A stretch of DNA of 64,000 nucleotides, from the NCBI GenBank assembly GCA_963769885.1, contig CAVYNH010000006.1, positions 32,001-96,000 on the forward strand, written 5' to 3'. Below are positions 8,936-19,303 of the stretch, in pieces; positions within the stretch are counted from its first letter, which is position 1; the number at the start of each line of letters is the position of its first letter. Made by a program: the position numbers and the translations under genes. The notes under the pieces are model-generated. The model ran no database searches. It had not been told where the DNA came from and worked only from the letters and a program-made list of their open reading frames with translations. Source of the DNA: Methanobacteriota archaeon. Lineage in GTDB: Archaea; Thermoplasmatota; E2; DHVEG-1.

Positions 8936-10345
8936 TCAGGCGTAGCCACCGATTTGGAGGCTGGGGTCGCCGAAGAGGATCCATTGTTCGAGGTTTTTGG
9001 CGATGATGGCGGCGCCGTTCACGGAGGTGTCGTCCCAGTTGATGGGGCATTCTTGGGCGACGTGGGTGACCGCGGCGCGCCAGGTGTCCCCGAGGATTGT
9101 GGTGTGGTTGACGCCGTATTCGGCGAAGAACTGCCGGTCGAGCCATTCGATGCCGCCGACGCCGAGGCTGATGTCGGGGGACTCGTAGCTGAAGGCGGTG
9201 GCGCCGATGGTCGCGATGCTGCCGCCGTTGGGTTTGATGACCCAGATCCAGCTGAAGCAGGCAAGGGTGGGGAGGCTGAAGACCCAGGGTCTGTTGCGGA
9301 AGCTGACGTTGAACATGCTGTTGAAGCAGCCGCTGCCGGTGATGAGGACGGGGAGTTTCTTGCCGTTGTGCAGGAAGGTGAGGTCTCGGATGCGCAGATT
9401 GATCCAGGTGTTGTTGTCGTCGGGCGGGTGGGTGCCCCAGACTTTGGGGTTGCCGTGGCCGGAGAGCCAGAGGAAGCCGCAGCCGTGGTCGACTTTTTTG
9501 ATGATGTCGCTGGCTTTGGTGAAGGTGCCGTCGGATGTCCAGAGTTTGACGGGGGTGAAGTTTTTCATGAGGTCGAGGCCTTGTTGGGTGTAGACTTCGC
9601 CGTCGTAGTAGGGGGTGCGGCCGGGGTAGGTGTCGCCGGCGGCGACGATCATGGTGTTGAACCAGCTGGTGTTGCGTTTGGGTTGGTTTTCGTAGGTGAT
9701 GATCTTGCGGACGACGACGCGGACTTCGTTTGCGTTGGTGGCGGGGAGGCGGCCGAGGCCGACGTCGGGGATGAGGTCGGGGCGGTCGGCGGCGGTCTGG
9801 TTGAGTGCCCATTCGCCGAAGATGCCGTTGTTGTTGTCGTCCCAGCTGCTGAAGCTGCCGTTCTGGGTGTAGATGTCGGCGAAATACAGATCGGAGAGGA
9901 ATTTGCCTTCGGGGTAGGCTTCGTAGGGGCGGTCGAGGTGGCTGTAGCGGACGGGGAGCCACCATTGCTGGTTTTTGTTTTGGCTGGCGAGGCCGCCGAC
10001 GAGGAGGACGTATTTGATGCCCCAGTGTTCGATGGCGGCTTTGATGAAGTATTTGATTTTTTCCGCGTGGTCTCGGCCTTGGAAGTACATCTGGTTGTAG
10101 ATGGTGGTGGTGTCGATGATGATGGTGCGGACGCCGAGCCGGTTTTTGTGGAAGGCGAGGGGGAGGAGGTCGGGGTGGAAGATGGGGTGGGTGATGATGA
10201 GGAGGTCGTAGACGGCGTTATTGAAGATCGTGGGGAGTGATGCCGCCTGTGTTGGTGTGGGGGTGGCGGCTGCTGCGGTGAGGGAGGTGGTGGTGAGGAG
10301 GATGAGGGTGAGGAGTTGGCTGAGTCGAAGGAGTGGGGCGGGCAT
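8936..10345 (-). CDS. Secreted C25 (gingipain-like) cysteine peptidase
   Basis: Signal peptide; YVLLVG, SDLYFAD, PD..LGRLP, catalytic SGHG and GSGC, terminal LFGDP. Confidence 0.92.
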   Translation of the reverse strand: MPAPLLRLSQLLTLILLTTTSLTAAAATPTPTQAASLPTIFNNAVYDLLIITHPIFHPDLLPLAFHKNRLGVRTIIIDTTTIYNQMYFQGRDHAEKIKYFIKAAIEHWGIKYVLLVGGLASQNKNQQWWLPVRYSHLDRPYEAYPEGKFLSDLYFADIYTQNGSFSSWDDNNNGIFGEWALNQTAADRPDLIPDVGLGRLPATNANEVRVVVRKIITYENQPKRNTSWFNTMIVAAGDTYPGRTPYYDGEVYTQQGLDLMKNFTPVKLWTSDGTFTKASDIIKKVDHGCGFLWLSGHGNPKVWGTHPPDDNNTWINLRIRDLTFLHNGKKLPVLITGSGCFNSMFNVSFRNRPWVFSLPTLACFSWIWVIKPNGGSIATIGATAFSYESPDISLGVGGIEWLDRQFFAEYGVNHTTILGDTWRAAVTHVAQECPINWDDTSVNGAAIIAKNLEQWILFGDPSLQIGGYA

Positions 10346-10404
10346 GAGTATCGCTGTTCTTTTATATAATTTGCAGTAATATAAAAGTAGCGATGGTGTG
10401 TTTA

Positions 10405-10683
10405 TTAGGGGAGTTTGAAGGTGGGTGTGCCTTCGAAGAGGCTGCGGTAGAGCTGGTTGAAGAGGGTGATGTACTCCTGGGCTTTGGGGGTGGCGGCGTA
10501 GGTGGTTTTGCCGTCCGTGTCTTGTCTGTGGAGGTAGCCTTTCCCTTCGAGGAAGTGGACGTGCTGCTGGCCGATCTTGGTGTTGAGGTCGCAGCGGTTG
10601 ATGATACTGGTGAGGCTGCGGGGCTCGCGGCAGAAGATGAGAATCTCCCAGTAGATTTCGTAGACGGTGCGCCGTTCCGTCAT
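10405..10683 (-). CDS. Winged helix-turn-helix regulator (archaeal HTH_45-like)
   Basis: RR..YEIY.EIL..C......T.I...C.LN pattern; ATGA overlap with the upstream gene. Confidence 0.8.
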   Translation of the reverse strand: MTERRTVYEIYWEILIFCREPRSLTSIINRCDLNTKIGQQHVHFLEGKGYLHRQDTDGKTTYAATPKAQEYITLFNQLYRSLFEGTPTFKLP

Positions 10684-11312
10684 GGCGTCTCCCCGCTGAG
10701 GTACTGGCCGAGGGAGTCCTCGGCCTGTTTACTCTGGGCGATGCGCTGATCCCAGACGGTGGCGTGGCGGGTGAAGCGGCGGGTGAAGGAGAGGCAGCCG
10801 ATGCCGACGCCGATGACAGCGAGGCTGCCGGCGAACCCGTAGCCAGAGCCCTGGGCGATGCCGATGACGGCGTTCACGAGGCCGGCGAGGATGAAGAGGA
10901 GGCCGCCGGCCCTGCCGAAGAGCATCATGCGCTGTACCGTCGGGTATTTTTCGCGGTAGAACGAGAGGAGGCGGATGTACAGCTGGGTCAGTCCGGTGTC
11001 ATCTGGTGCAGCTTTGAGGTCCATGAGGGCTTGGTGGATGTGGCCGACGCCGCCGATGACCGGGGCTGTCGTAAGTAGCCAGGAGAAGCCGAGGCCGAAG
11101 CTGACCATACCGAAGAGGATCTGTGAGGCACGGTAGAGGGTTTCCCAGGGTTCTGCGGGGACGCCGGTGAGGAACTTGGTTGCGGGGTCGATGATGATGC
11201 TCATGCCGAGGCCGATGGCGAGCGCCGCGAGCATCAGGTTGATGATGAGGAGTCCAAGGAAGCTATTGACTTCCTGTTCTGCTGTTTTGTTGGTTGGGGT
11301 CATGGGTTTCAC
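10680..11312 (-). CDS. Four-TM membrane protein of unknown function
   Basis: Four hydrophobic helices; coupled to the wHTH gene; start at 11312 (GTG) or 11303 (ATG). Confidence 0.75.
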   Translation of the reverse strand: MKPMTPTNKTAEQEVNSFLGLLIINLMLAALAIGLGMSIIIDPATKFLTGVPAEPWETLYRASQILFGMVSFGLGFSWLLTTAPVIGGVGHIHQALMDLKAAPDDTGLTQLYIRLLSFYREKYPTVQRMMLFGRAGGLLFILAGLVNAVIGIAQGSGYGFAGSLAVIGVGIGCLSFTRRFTRHATVWDQRIAQSKQAEDSLGQYLSGETP

Positions 11313-11629
11313 CGGCAGTCAGTAAGGCGGCTGGCGGGTATAAAGAACCATGAAACCATGTTCCGTATTTCAATTCCCGCTGTCCCCCCCGTCCTAAATC
11401 ACCGGGTAAGGATGTCCTCGGGAGAGGCTCTCCAGCGGGTCCTCACCCCCCAAGCCCCTGCAGGTGTACGGCAGCGTCCTCCCTCGACTTCTTCACCCCC
11501 GTCGGCTCCGATTTCTGCCTCGCCGACGATCCCCACGTGATCCTCCGATAACCCCCCGATTATAAGGAGTTGAACAGACCGAAACACCTATGAACCAGAC
11601 GGGATACTGACAACGCCACAAGAGGGGCC

Positions 11630-12631
11630 GTGCCACCCACCGTGAACCGACGAACACAACTCTACGAATACGCCAAGCTCTCCAGCGCCCACTTCATCTT
11701 CCTCACCGCCATCATCCCCGTCACCGGCGCCATCGCCATGGGCAGCAAAAACCTCGTCTCCCTCACCTTCCTCTTCCTCATCGGCGTCTGCGCTCACACC
11801 GTCGGCTTCGCCTACAACCACTACCGCGACATCGACATAGATCGCCTCAGCACCGACATCGCCCAACGCCCCCTCCTCCAAGGCACCATCCCCAAACGCC
11901 ATGCCCAATTCTTTATCACCGCCGTCTTCCTCACCGGTTTCCTCCTCACCCTCATCGCCTTCGGGTGGCTCCTGGCTCTCATCTACCTCGCCGGCATCAG
12001 CCTCGCCGCCCTCTACGATCTCTACAGCAAACGCCTCCCCGGCATGGATCTCGTCCTTGCCGCCGCCGTCGCCACCGGCGTCGCCTTCGGTGCCGCCACC
12101 GTCTCCACACGCCTGCCGCCCAGCGTCCTCGTTTTCTGCGCCCTTGCGTTCCTCCAGACCCTGAACCTCAACCTCATCGCCGGCGGCCTCAAAGACGCTG
12201 ACCACGACCATCTCATCGGCTCCCGGCATCTCGCCCCCCTGCTCGGCGTCCGGGCCGACCGTGACGCCTTCCACATCCCAGGGTCCTTCAAGGCTCTCGC
12301 CTACCTCTGCGGAGGACTCTACACATTCATCGTCTTCGCCGCAGTCCTCACCGGCATCATCTCCTTGCCTCTCATCCTGCTGCCGGTCCTATTCGCCTTC
12401 ACCGTTGCGTTCTTCGTCATCACCTACAAAATGCTCAGCTTGCCTAGGTTCAATCGCCAAGAGGTCCGCAAGTACGTCGTCATCCAGTATATGGTGAACT
12501 GGCTGAACATCCCGGTGCTCCTTATGAGCGTCGCTCCCTTGGCTGTCCTAATGATCCTATATCCCATCGCCGGCTTGATCGTCTCGAATCTCATCCTTTA
12601 CCGAACCATCTTTCGGCCCCAGGTCCTGTAA
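11630..12631 (+). CDS. UbiA prenyltransferase family protein
   Basis: NHYRDIDID...RP and KDADHD aspartate-rich motifs; multiple TM helices. Confidence 0.88.
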   Translation: MPPTVNRRTQLYEYAKLSSAHFIFLTAIIPVTGAIAMGSKNLVSLTFLFLIGVCAHTVGFAYNHYRDIDIDRLSTDIAQRPLLQGTIPKRHAQFFITAVFLTGFLLTLIAFGWLLALIYLAGISLAALYDLYSKRLPGMDLVLAAAVATGVAFGAATVSTRLPPSVLVFCALAFLQTLNLNLIAGGLKDADHDHLIGSRHLAPLLGVRADRDAFHIPGSFKALAYLCGGLYTFIVFAAVLTGIISLPLILLPVLFAFTVAFFVITYKMLSLPRFNRQEVRKYVVIQYMVNWLNIPVLLMSVAPLAVLMILYPIAGLIVSNLILYRTIFRPQVL

Positions 12632-12811
12632 CTCATCATGGGTGCAGTCGATGATTCCGGTCAGCATGTCTGTGTTGGTCGTTGTTTTTTTCATTTTTTT
12701 ATCGCAGAAACAAGGGGGCTCAGGCAAGAAGCGTGTCGTGGGGGCATTAAGGAGGGAGTGTGGGTGGCGACGGGCTTATAAGCCTGTTTTTGGTTACCGT
12801 GGGAGTGGGGA

Positions 12812-13249
12812 ATGAGTAAAATGAACTGTGTCATTGTGTACTGGTCACGGTATGGGAACGGGAAGAAGCTGGTTGATCATCTCGCTGATACGTTGCAGGC
12901 GCGGGGGTCGGCGAAGGTTTTGTCGACGGATGAGGCGGACCCGGCGGCGTTGCCGGCGGCGGATGTGTACGTGTTCTCGGCGCCCGCGGAGGCGATGAAC
13001 CTGCAGAAGAACATGCGGGAGTTCATGAAGCGGCTCCAGCACATGGATGGGAAGAAGTTCGGGATCATCAACACGCATGGGATGAAGAAGAGCAGGCTTG
13101 CGAAGATGGAGAAGCTGCTGTCGAAGAAGGGGATGGCGAAGCTGGCGGAGATCGATTTCCAGGTCGGGCCGAAGGCGCAGGCTGGCCATGGGCTGCCTGA
13201 GGGCTGGGAGGCGTCGATGGACGCGTTCGCGGCGAGGCTTTCGGGCTGA
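12812..13249 (+). CDS. Flavodoxin-like protein
   Basis: IVYWSRYGNG loop, DVYVFSAP, GKKFGII.T. Confidence 0.8.
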   Translation: MSKMNCVIVYWSRYGNGKKLVDHLADTLQARGSAKVLSTDEADPAALPAADVYVFSAPAEAMNLQKNMREFMKRLQHMDGKKFGIINTHGMKKSRLAKMEKLLSKKGMAKLAEIDFQVGPKAQAGHGLPEGWEASMDAFAARLSG

Positions 13250-13405
13250 TCCTACCCTTCGCTGGTTTTTCTATCGGTAAACAGCATTACTATGAGAGAG
13301 GATTATCTTCTCTTTCGGGGTACCGGTAAGCAAAGCATAAAAAATATGATTAAAGAATCTACCTAACAGTGGCACTAGAACTGGGCTTAGATACAAGAAA
13401 AGGGT

Positions 13406-14092
13406 TCACCCGGAGTACTTCCCCAAGGTGACATCCCCGTTCGTCGTCGACACCACAAACCGCAGCGTTCCCCCGTTCAGCTGCCCGGTCAGATAATTCT
13501 GATCCGACGTGACGTTCCCCAGCGTAAAACCCGGCGTCGTAATCTGGCCGTTCGTCGTCGACACATCCAGCAACGCCTTCACGTCACTGCCGAACGCCAG
13601 CGACACCGCCCCGTTCGTCGTATACGCGGACACATACCCGCCGATATCCGACAACGTCACACTTCCGTTCGACAACCCGACACTCACATTCCCTTTCACC
13701 CCTTGGACCACCACCGCCCCATTATACGTCGTCACCGAGCTCACCGTCACATTCCGCGGCACCTTTACCGTATACACGATCGTCGGCGCCACCTTCCCAT
13801 GCCCCGTATACCACGTCTCGACCGACACCGAATTCTCTGCCTTCACCACATAGATCTGCCCTTTCGCCAGCTCACTCTGATTCACCGCGGTCTTCACCGC
13901 ACTCACATCAATCGTCGGCTCATCCCACACCGTCACCGTCACACTCCCACGGTTGTTCTGCAACGAAAAAATCGTCGACGCCGTCGCCGGAGCCGACTCA
14001 TGGAACTTCTCCGTCGGCACCGACGGCCCGAAACACCCACTCAACGCCATAGTCACCACAAGGCAGCCTACGAGCACCACAGACAGCCTCAT
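13406..14092 (-). CDS. DUF4097 (putative adhesin) beta-strand repeat lipoprotein
   Basis: LSGC lipobox; repeated TTNG.V.L units. Confidence 0.85.
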   Translation of the reverse strand: MRLSVVLVGCLVVTMALSGCFGPSVPTEKFHESAPATASTIFSLQNNRGSVTVTVWDEPTIDVSAVKTAVNQSELAKGQIYVVKAENSVSVETWYTGHGKVAPTIVYTVKVPRNVTVSSVTTYNGAVVVQGVKGNVSVGLSNGSVTLSDIGGYVSAYTTNGAVSLAFGSDVKALLDVSTTNGQITTPGFTLGNVTSDQNYLTGQLNGGTLRFVVSTTNGDVTLGKYSG

Positions 14093-14205
14093 ACCGGAGA
14101 TTCACCTGTTACAAGAGAGATACGTCACAGGCCAATAAACTTTCCAAAAAAGAGGAAATCAGATAACCCACCACCCGAATGCCATACACCAGGACCAAGA
14201 CCGCC

Positions 14206-15651
14206 ATGAATATCCTCCTCATAGAACCCAACATCCACACCACTCCCCTCATCCCCCCCATCGCCCTCCCAGCCCTCAAAGGATACCTCCACACCAACAC
14301 CCAACACCACGCCCGCATCATCGACTTGGTCTTCCACAAACACGACTGGCAGGAGCACATCCAACAAGCCCTCACCGCCGACCACCCGGACCTTATCGGC
14401 TTCTCCACCCTCAGCTTCACCTACACCGACGCCCTCGTCATCGCCCACTTCCTTAAAACTCACACCCAAACACCCATCATCTTCGGCGGCGTCCACGTCA
14501 TCCTCAACCCAGACCAAACCATCAACGAACCAGACGTGGACATGATCTGCACCGGCGAAGGCGAACACACCCTCAACGACCTCCTCGACCACCACCTCGA
14601 CCCCACCGACGTCCCCGGCCTCTGGTACAAAAAAGACGGACGCACCATCAAGAATCCGCCCCGCCCCCTCATCGACGACCTCGACAGCCTCGGCATCCCC
14701 GACTACACCGACTACAACATCCCCCGCTACTTCTTCATCAACCACCACCATCTCCCCATCATGGCCACCCGCGGCTGCCCGTACAGCTGCGCCTACTGCA
14801 GCAACCCCGCCCTCAGAAAAACATTCACCGGCCGCTACGTCCGCACCCGCACCGCAGACAGCCTCATCAACGAAATCGACACCAGAGTCACCCAATACAA
14901 AGACCACGGCCTCCAGTTCCTCTACTTCTTCGACGACACCTTCATCCTCAACCGCGCCCTCGTCACCAACTTCTGCACCACCTACAAACAAAAAGGATAC
15001 CACGAATGGCTCCATTGGACCGCCAACATCCGCGCCAACCTCGTCACATCCGACCTCATGACCATGATGAAAGACGCCGGCTGCTACCAAGTCCGAATGG
15101 GCGTCGAAACCGGCAACGAACACCTCCGCAACGCTGTCTACCACCGGGGCATGACCAACAGCCAACTCCAAGAAGCATTCGCCGCCATCCACACCGCCGG
15201 CCTCAGCCTTCGCCTCTACTTCATGGCCGGCGCCCCACAAGAAACCCTCCCCATGATGCACGAAAGCCTCACCCTCGCAAAGCAAACAAACGCGGAATCC
15301 TTCTTCAGCATCCTCTACCCCCTCCCCGGCACCGAGATCCAACAAGCCTGCAAAGACGCCAAGACCCTCATCGACTCCCCCCAGGCCGTCCTTGGCACCA
15401 TCCCCGTCACCCATACCCTCACCGTCACCCCACAGCAACTCACCCAATTCATGAAACAAGTCGGACGCTGGCAGATGAAGAAATACTTCCACGAAGGACT
15501 CCGGCTGAAAGGACCCCGCTTCCTCCTCGACAGCCTCTGGTACGCCCTCCACCTCAGACGCGCCTACGACCTCGAACGCACCCAAATGTTCCTCTGGAAC
15601 GTTCAACGCTACGAACTCGATACCCTCACCACTACTCACGCAGCCGTGTGA
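14206..15651 (+). CDS. Cobalamin-dependent radical SAM protein
   Basis: GGVH, GEGE, RGCPYSCAYC, FFDDTF, GVETG, YPLPGT. Confidence 0.92.
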   Translation: MNILLIEPNIHTTPLIPPIALPALKGYLHTNTQHHARIIDLVFHKHDWQEHIQQALTADHPDLIGFSTLSFTYTDALVIAHFLKTHTQTPIIFGGVHVILNPDQTINEPDVDMICTGEGEHTLNDLLDHHLDPTDVPGLWYKKDGRTIKNPPRPLIDDLDSLGIPDYTDYNIPRYFFINHHHLPIMATRGCPYSCAYCSNPALRKTFTGRYVRTRTADSLINEIDTRVTQYKDHGLQFLYFFDDTFILNRALVTNFCTTYKQKGYHEWLHWTANIRANLVTSDLMTMMKDAGCYQVRMGVETGNEHLRNAVYHRGMTNSQLQEAFAAIHTAGLSLRLYFMAGAPQETLPMMHESLTLAKQTNAESFFSILYPLPGTEIQQACKDAKTLIDSPQAVLGTIPVTHTLTVTPQQLTQFMKQVGRWQMKKYFHEGLRLKGPRFLLDSLWYALHLRRAYDLERTQMFLWNVQRYELDTLTTTHAAV

Positions 15652-15823
15652 TGAGTAGATAGTGGCAGTCCTTAGATTTTCCAGGGCAGAAAAAACAAAA
15701 AAATGTGAGAAAAAACCATGCGTCATCTATCCGTGGTTATTGGTGGGCATTGCATCGGTGCTATTCCTCGCTTTTTCATGGTTGTCTTCCTCCTCCTTAT
15801 TAAAGGAAGAAGACCTCGTTTGA

Positions 15824-17468
15824 TTAGGTATTCAGCCTGGCTCTAAGAATTTGAAAGAATAAGTGAATGATTGAATGCTGTCCTGGATGATAGAACCAGA
15901 ATGCATGGGCTGTCGGCGAGTTCACTGGGATAGTAATCGGTAGTGTCCCCCATCCGCTTTCCAGAGGAGCGGGGTCCTTTGCCTTTGCCTGAATAGTGTA
16001 GTTTCCTTTCTTCGACCATGTATGGTTTGCCATGACGGTTCCGCCGGATGGCACCGGTCCTAGCCACCCGCTGTTCGTCCCATCACCCCACTCAATCCAG
16101 AAGTATACCGGATCAGTATCGGCATCGACAGTTGTCACATTATAGTAATATTTCACGCGTGGTTTTCCGCTCGCTGGCCCCGTGATCGTCGGGTTGTTCG
16201 GCGGATTGTCAACCGTGACCATGTCCTTGGCGGGGGTCGGATCAACATTATTAACACCATTCATGGAGATCGCCTCAATGGTGTGAAGACCGGATGGCAA
16301 CATCGTCGTATTGAATCTGAAATCCTCCTGCCATTCATCCCATATGCCATCGGTTGGTATCGTGGGCATGAGCGTTCCCGAATCGATGCGGAAGAGTACC
16401 ATAACGATGATATTAATGGTGACATCGTTTCCTGGATTTGAAGGCTGTGGGTTCTGGTTTGGGTACGCTACGTCCCAGGCCCTCCCAGTGTAGGAGAGGA
16501 CATGGTTCGCGGTGGGATCCGGCGTGTACGGATTGAGGGTCGTCTCAGGGAGGGTATCGATGATATCCAGGATGCCGTCTCCATCAGTGTCTCTCCAGCC
16601 GACCTGCAGTCGCGTCCCGGACGATAGCGAAAGCGCGTTCGTGTCCATGAGGCAGCCTGAGCCTTCGACATCGGGAGCGTTCAGGTAGCCACTGTATTCG
16701 GTAATCCCGTTATATTCGTCGGTCGCCCAGAAGATGTGACCGGTCTCATGGGCAAAGACTTGATCCATTCTAGTGATTCCCCACGCCCCGTTATCATAGG
16801 TCATGATATTGTAGGGGCCACCGAGATAGCCGTACGCACTGTAGCCGTCGGAGAAGTTACCATCAGCATCGCGGCTGCTGTCGACGATGAACGCGATGTA
16901 CCCCCAATTAGTCTTCGTTGACGTTCGGACGGCGTTAAGGTAATCGCGCGTCCGCTTCAACCAATCCCCTGAGTTATATCCTAATTTGGCCATCGCCTGA
17001 CTGATCCAGAGGTGCTCCCAGGTGGCGTTCGTGAATGCTGATGGATGGATAATTGGTTCGTAGCCGATTTGGACGTTGAGCTGGACATTCAGTACCGACT
17101 GAAAGTTGGGCAAGTGAATTCTGCGCGATCCACCAGGAAATCGTCTGGTTAATCTCGCTTCGAACTGACGTGATCTCAGATGTCGTCCAATTTTCATAAT
17201 TAGGATCTATTGAGCCGTTACTTTCAAGAAAGATAACACTGAGAGAAACGGATCCGATAAGGTACTCGCTGGTATCGTAGTACCCTGGGGCGCCTCCTCT
17301 GTTGTGGATGAGGGATGGATCGAACGGTTCAATGAGTTGAAGGCAATCGTTACTCAGAATCTTGAGTTGTTTTTCAGGCTGGTTGGTATCGGATTCCATG
17401 GCTGGCATGATTGGCGGGAGCATCGATGACAACAGCATACAGAGTATAATACAAACTATTTTTTTCAT
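15824..17468 (-). CDS. Secreted HExxH zinc metallopeptidase with C-terminal PKD domain; +1 frameshift at about 17096
   Basis: Signal peptide in ORF 16974-17468; FAHETGHIFWATDEY and CLM in ORF 15824-17197; removing one G in tcagtcggta joins them (SVVLNVQLN). Confidence 0.85.
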
Positions 17469-17784
17469 TACCTTTCCCCGTAAAATTAACCTCGTTTCAT
17501 TATATAAATGTTAGTCTTCATCGGCTTCATCCCGAAATAGAAAATAAGGGAGGGAATGCTTTGTCGCGATAATCCTCGATATATCTATGAAAATTAAAGT
17601 CGGCACAATGAAATTCTCGGTTAACCTCGACATTCTACTTAGCTACTGTTAAGGCGTAATTAAAAGTAAAAGAATAGAAAGCCAATCAGTAGGCCCAGTT
17701 TCCCTTCGCGACTACACCAATTCAGCTTCAAGAAACAACAATAACAACATTTAACAAGCATCTGACGATTCACCCCATCATCCC

Positions 17785-19077
17785 ATGGCGGAGGCGACTA
17801 AACGGGGGATTAGTCTTCGAGCCAGGTTCTTCTATCGGTACCGCCGGTTCATAAAAACCCTCAAGATCTACCTCGTTATCGCCGGCCCCGGCATCATCGT
17901 CATGATCGCCGACAACGACGCCGGCGGCATCACCACCTACACCGCCACCGGCGCCAAATTCGGCTTCAGCCTCATCTGGTTCCTCATCTTACTGGGCCCC
18001 ATCGCCTACATCATCCAAGAAATGACCGTACGCCTCGGCGCCGTCACCAAACAAGGCCACGCCGAAGCCATCTTCGACGCCTTCGGCCCCTTCTGGGGAT
18101 GGTTCTCCCTCAGCGACCTCCTCCTCGTCAACTGGCTCACCCTCATCACCGAATTCATCGGCATGACCGCCGCCCTCTCCATCTTCGGCATCCCCCCCAT
18201 CCTCACCGTCATCGCGGTCCTCCTCCTCCTCATCGTCATGATCCTCCAAGGACGCTACTGGACCTGGGAAAAAATCGTCATCGTCTTCTGCCTCCTCAAC
18301 CTCATCTACATCCCCGCCGCCTTCCTCGTCCACCCCAACTGGAACACCATTCTCACCCACGGCCTTATCCCCAACCTCCCCGGCGGCCTCAGCAGCGACC
18401 TTTTCTTCTTCCTCATGGCCAACATCGGCACCACCATCGCCCCCTGGATGATCTTCTTCCAACAAAGCAGCGTCGTCGACAAAGGCATGAAAGAAAAAGA
18501 CATCCCCTGGGGCAAATTCGACACCATGCTCGGCGCCATCTTCACCGTCCTCGTCGCCATCTTCTGCGTCGTCGTCACCGCCACCGTCCTCTACGGCTCC
18601 AGCATCCAAAGCGCAGCCCAAGCCGCCCACGCCCTCCTCGGCATCCACCAATACGCCGGCGTCCTCCTCGCCATCGGCCTCTTCGACGCCGGCCTCGTCG
18701 GCGCCATCTGCATCAGCCTCGCCAGCTCCTGGGCCTTCGGAGAAGTCTGGGGCTGGGCCCACAGCCTCAACAACAAAATCCGCGAAGCACCCTGGTTCTA
18801 CCTCCTCTACCTCCTCATCCTCATCAGCGCCGCCATCGTCGTCCTCATCCCCGGCGCCCCCCTCGTCCTCATCACCCTCTTCGTCCAAGTCGTCGCCGTC
18901 ACCTTGCTCCCCGCCATCCTCGTCTTCCTCATCCTCATGCTAAACAACGAAGACCTCATGGGCAAATACAAAAACACCCTCACCCAAAACATCATCAGCA
19001 CCGCCATCACCATCTTCCTCATCACCCTCTCCACCCTCTACGCCATCACCGTCCTCTTCCCCACCCTCTTCCACTAA
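17785..19077 (+). CDS. NRAMP-family divalent metal transporter, NrmT-like (Mg2+) type
   Basis: GPG...DNDAGG.TTY replacing DPGN; QEM..RLG; GTTIAPW..FFQQS. Confidence 0.88.
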   Translation: MAEATKRGISLRARFFYRYRRFIKTLKIYLVIAGPGIIVMIADNDAGGITTYTATGAKFGFSLIWFLILLGPIAYIIQEMTVRLGAVTKQGHAEAIFDAFGPFWGWFSLSDLLLVNWLTLITEFIGMTAALSIFGIPPILTVIAVLLLLIVMILQGRYWTWEKIVIVFCLLNLIYIPAAFLVHPNWNTILTHGLIPNLPGGLSSDLFFFLMANIGTTIAPWMIFFQQSSVVDKGMKEKDIPWGKFDTMLGAIFTVLVAIFCVVVTATVLYGSSIQSAAQAAHALLGIHQYAGVLLAIGLFDAGLVGAICISLASSWAFGEVWGWAHSLNNKIREAPWFYLLYLLILISAAIVVLIPGAPLVLITLFVQVVAVTLLPAILVFLILMLNNEDLMGKYKNTLTQNIISTAITIFLITLSTLYAITVLFPTLFH

Positions 19078-19090
19078 AAGGCATGAAACC

Positions 19091-19294
19091 ATGACATCCT
19101 CCACCACCATCCCCCAAAAAATAAAATCCTCCCTCCGCCATCAATCCAACACCATCAGAGCCATCAACGACAAATACCGCCACCCCCGACGCCGCATGAC
19201 CCGCGGCGTCAAAATCGCTTTAATGGGCATCCGCATCTACCTCATCATCATCCTCTGCGTCCTCCTCTACAAATTCATCACCCTCATCCACTAA
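19091..19294 (+). CDS. Small basic single-TM protein in the NRAMP operon
   Basis: 67 aa, C-terminal TM helix, codon style matches neighbours. Confidence 0.75.
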   Translation: MTSSTTIPQKIKSSLRHQSNTIRAINDKYRHPRRRMTRGVKIALMGIRIYLIIILCVLLYKFITLIH

Positions 19295-19303
19295 CCAAAA
19301 AAG

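Noticed and set aside
11380-11570. GC-rich intergenic stretch as SRP/RNase P RNA or a 45-aa ORF after GGAGG-GTG
   Set aside because: No SRP or RNase P signature motifs; the ORF has no recognisable features
17520-17784. Possible M-box (ykoK) riboswitch upstream of the Mg transporter
   Set aside because: AT-rich and lacks the conserved M-box core as far as I can see; a covariance-model search would settle it
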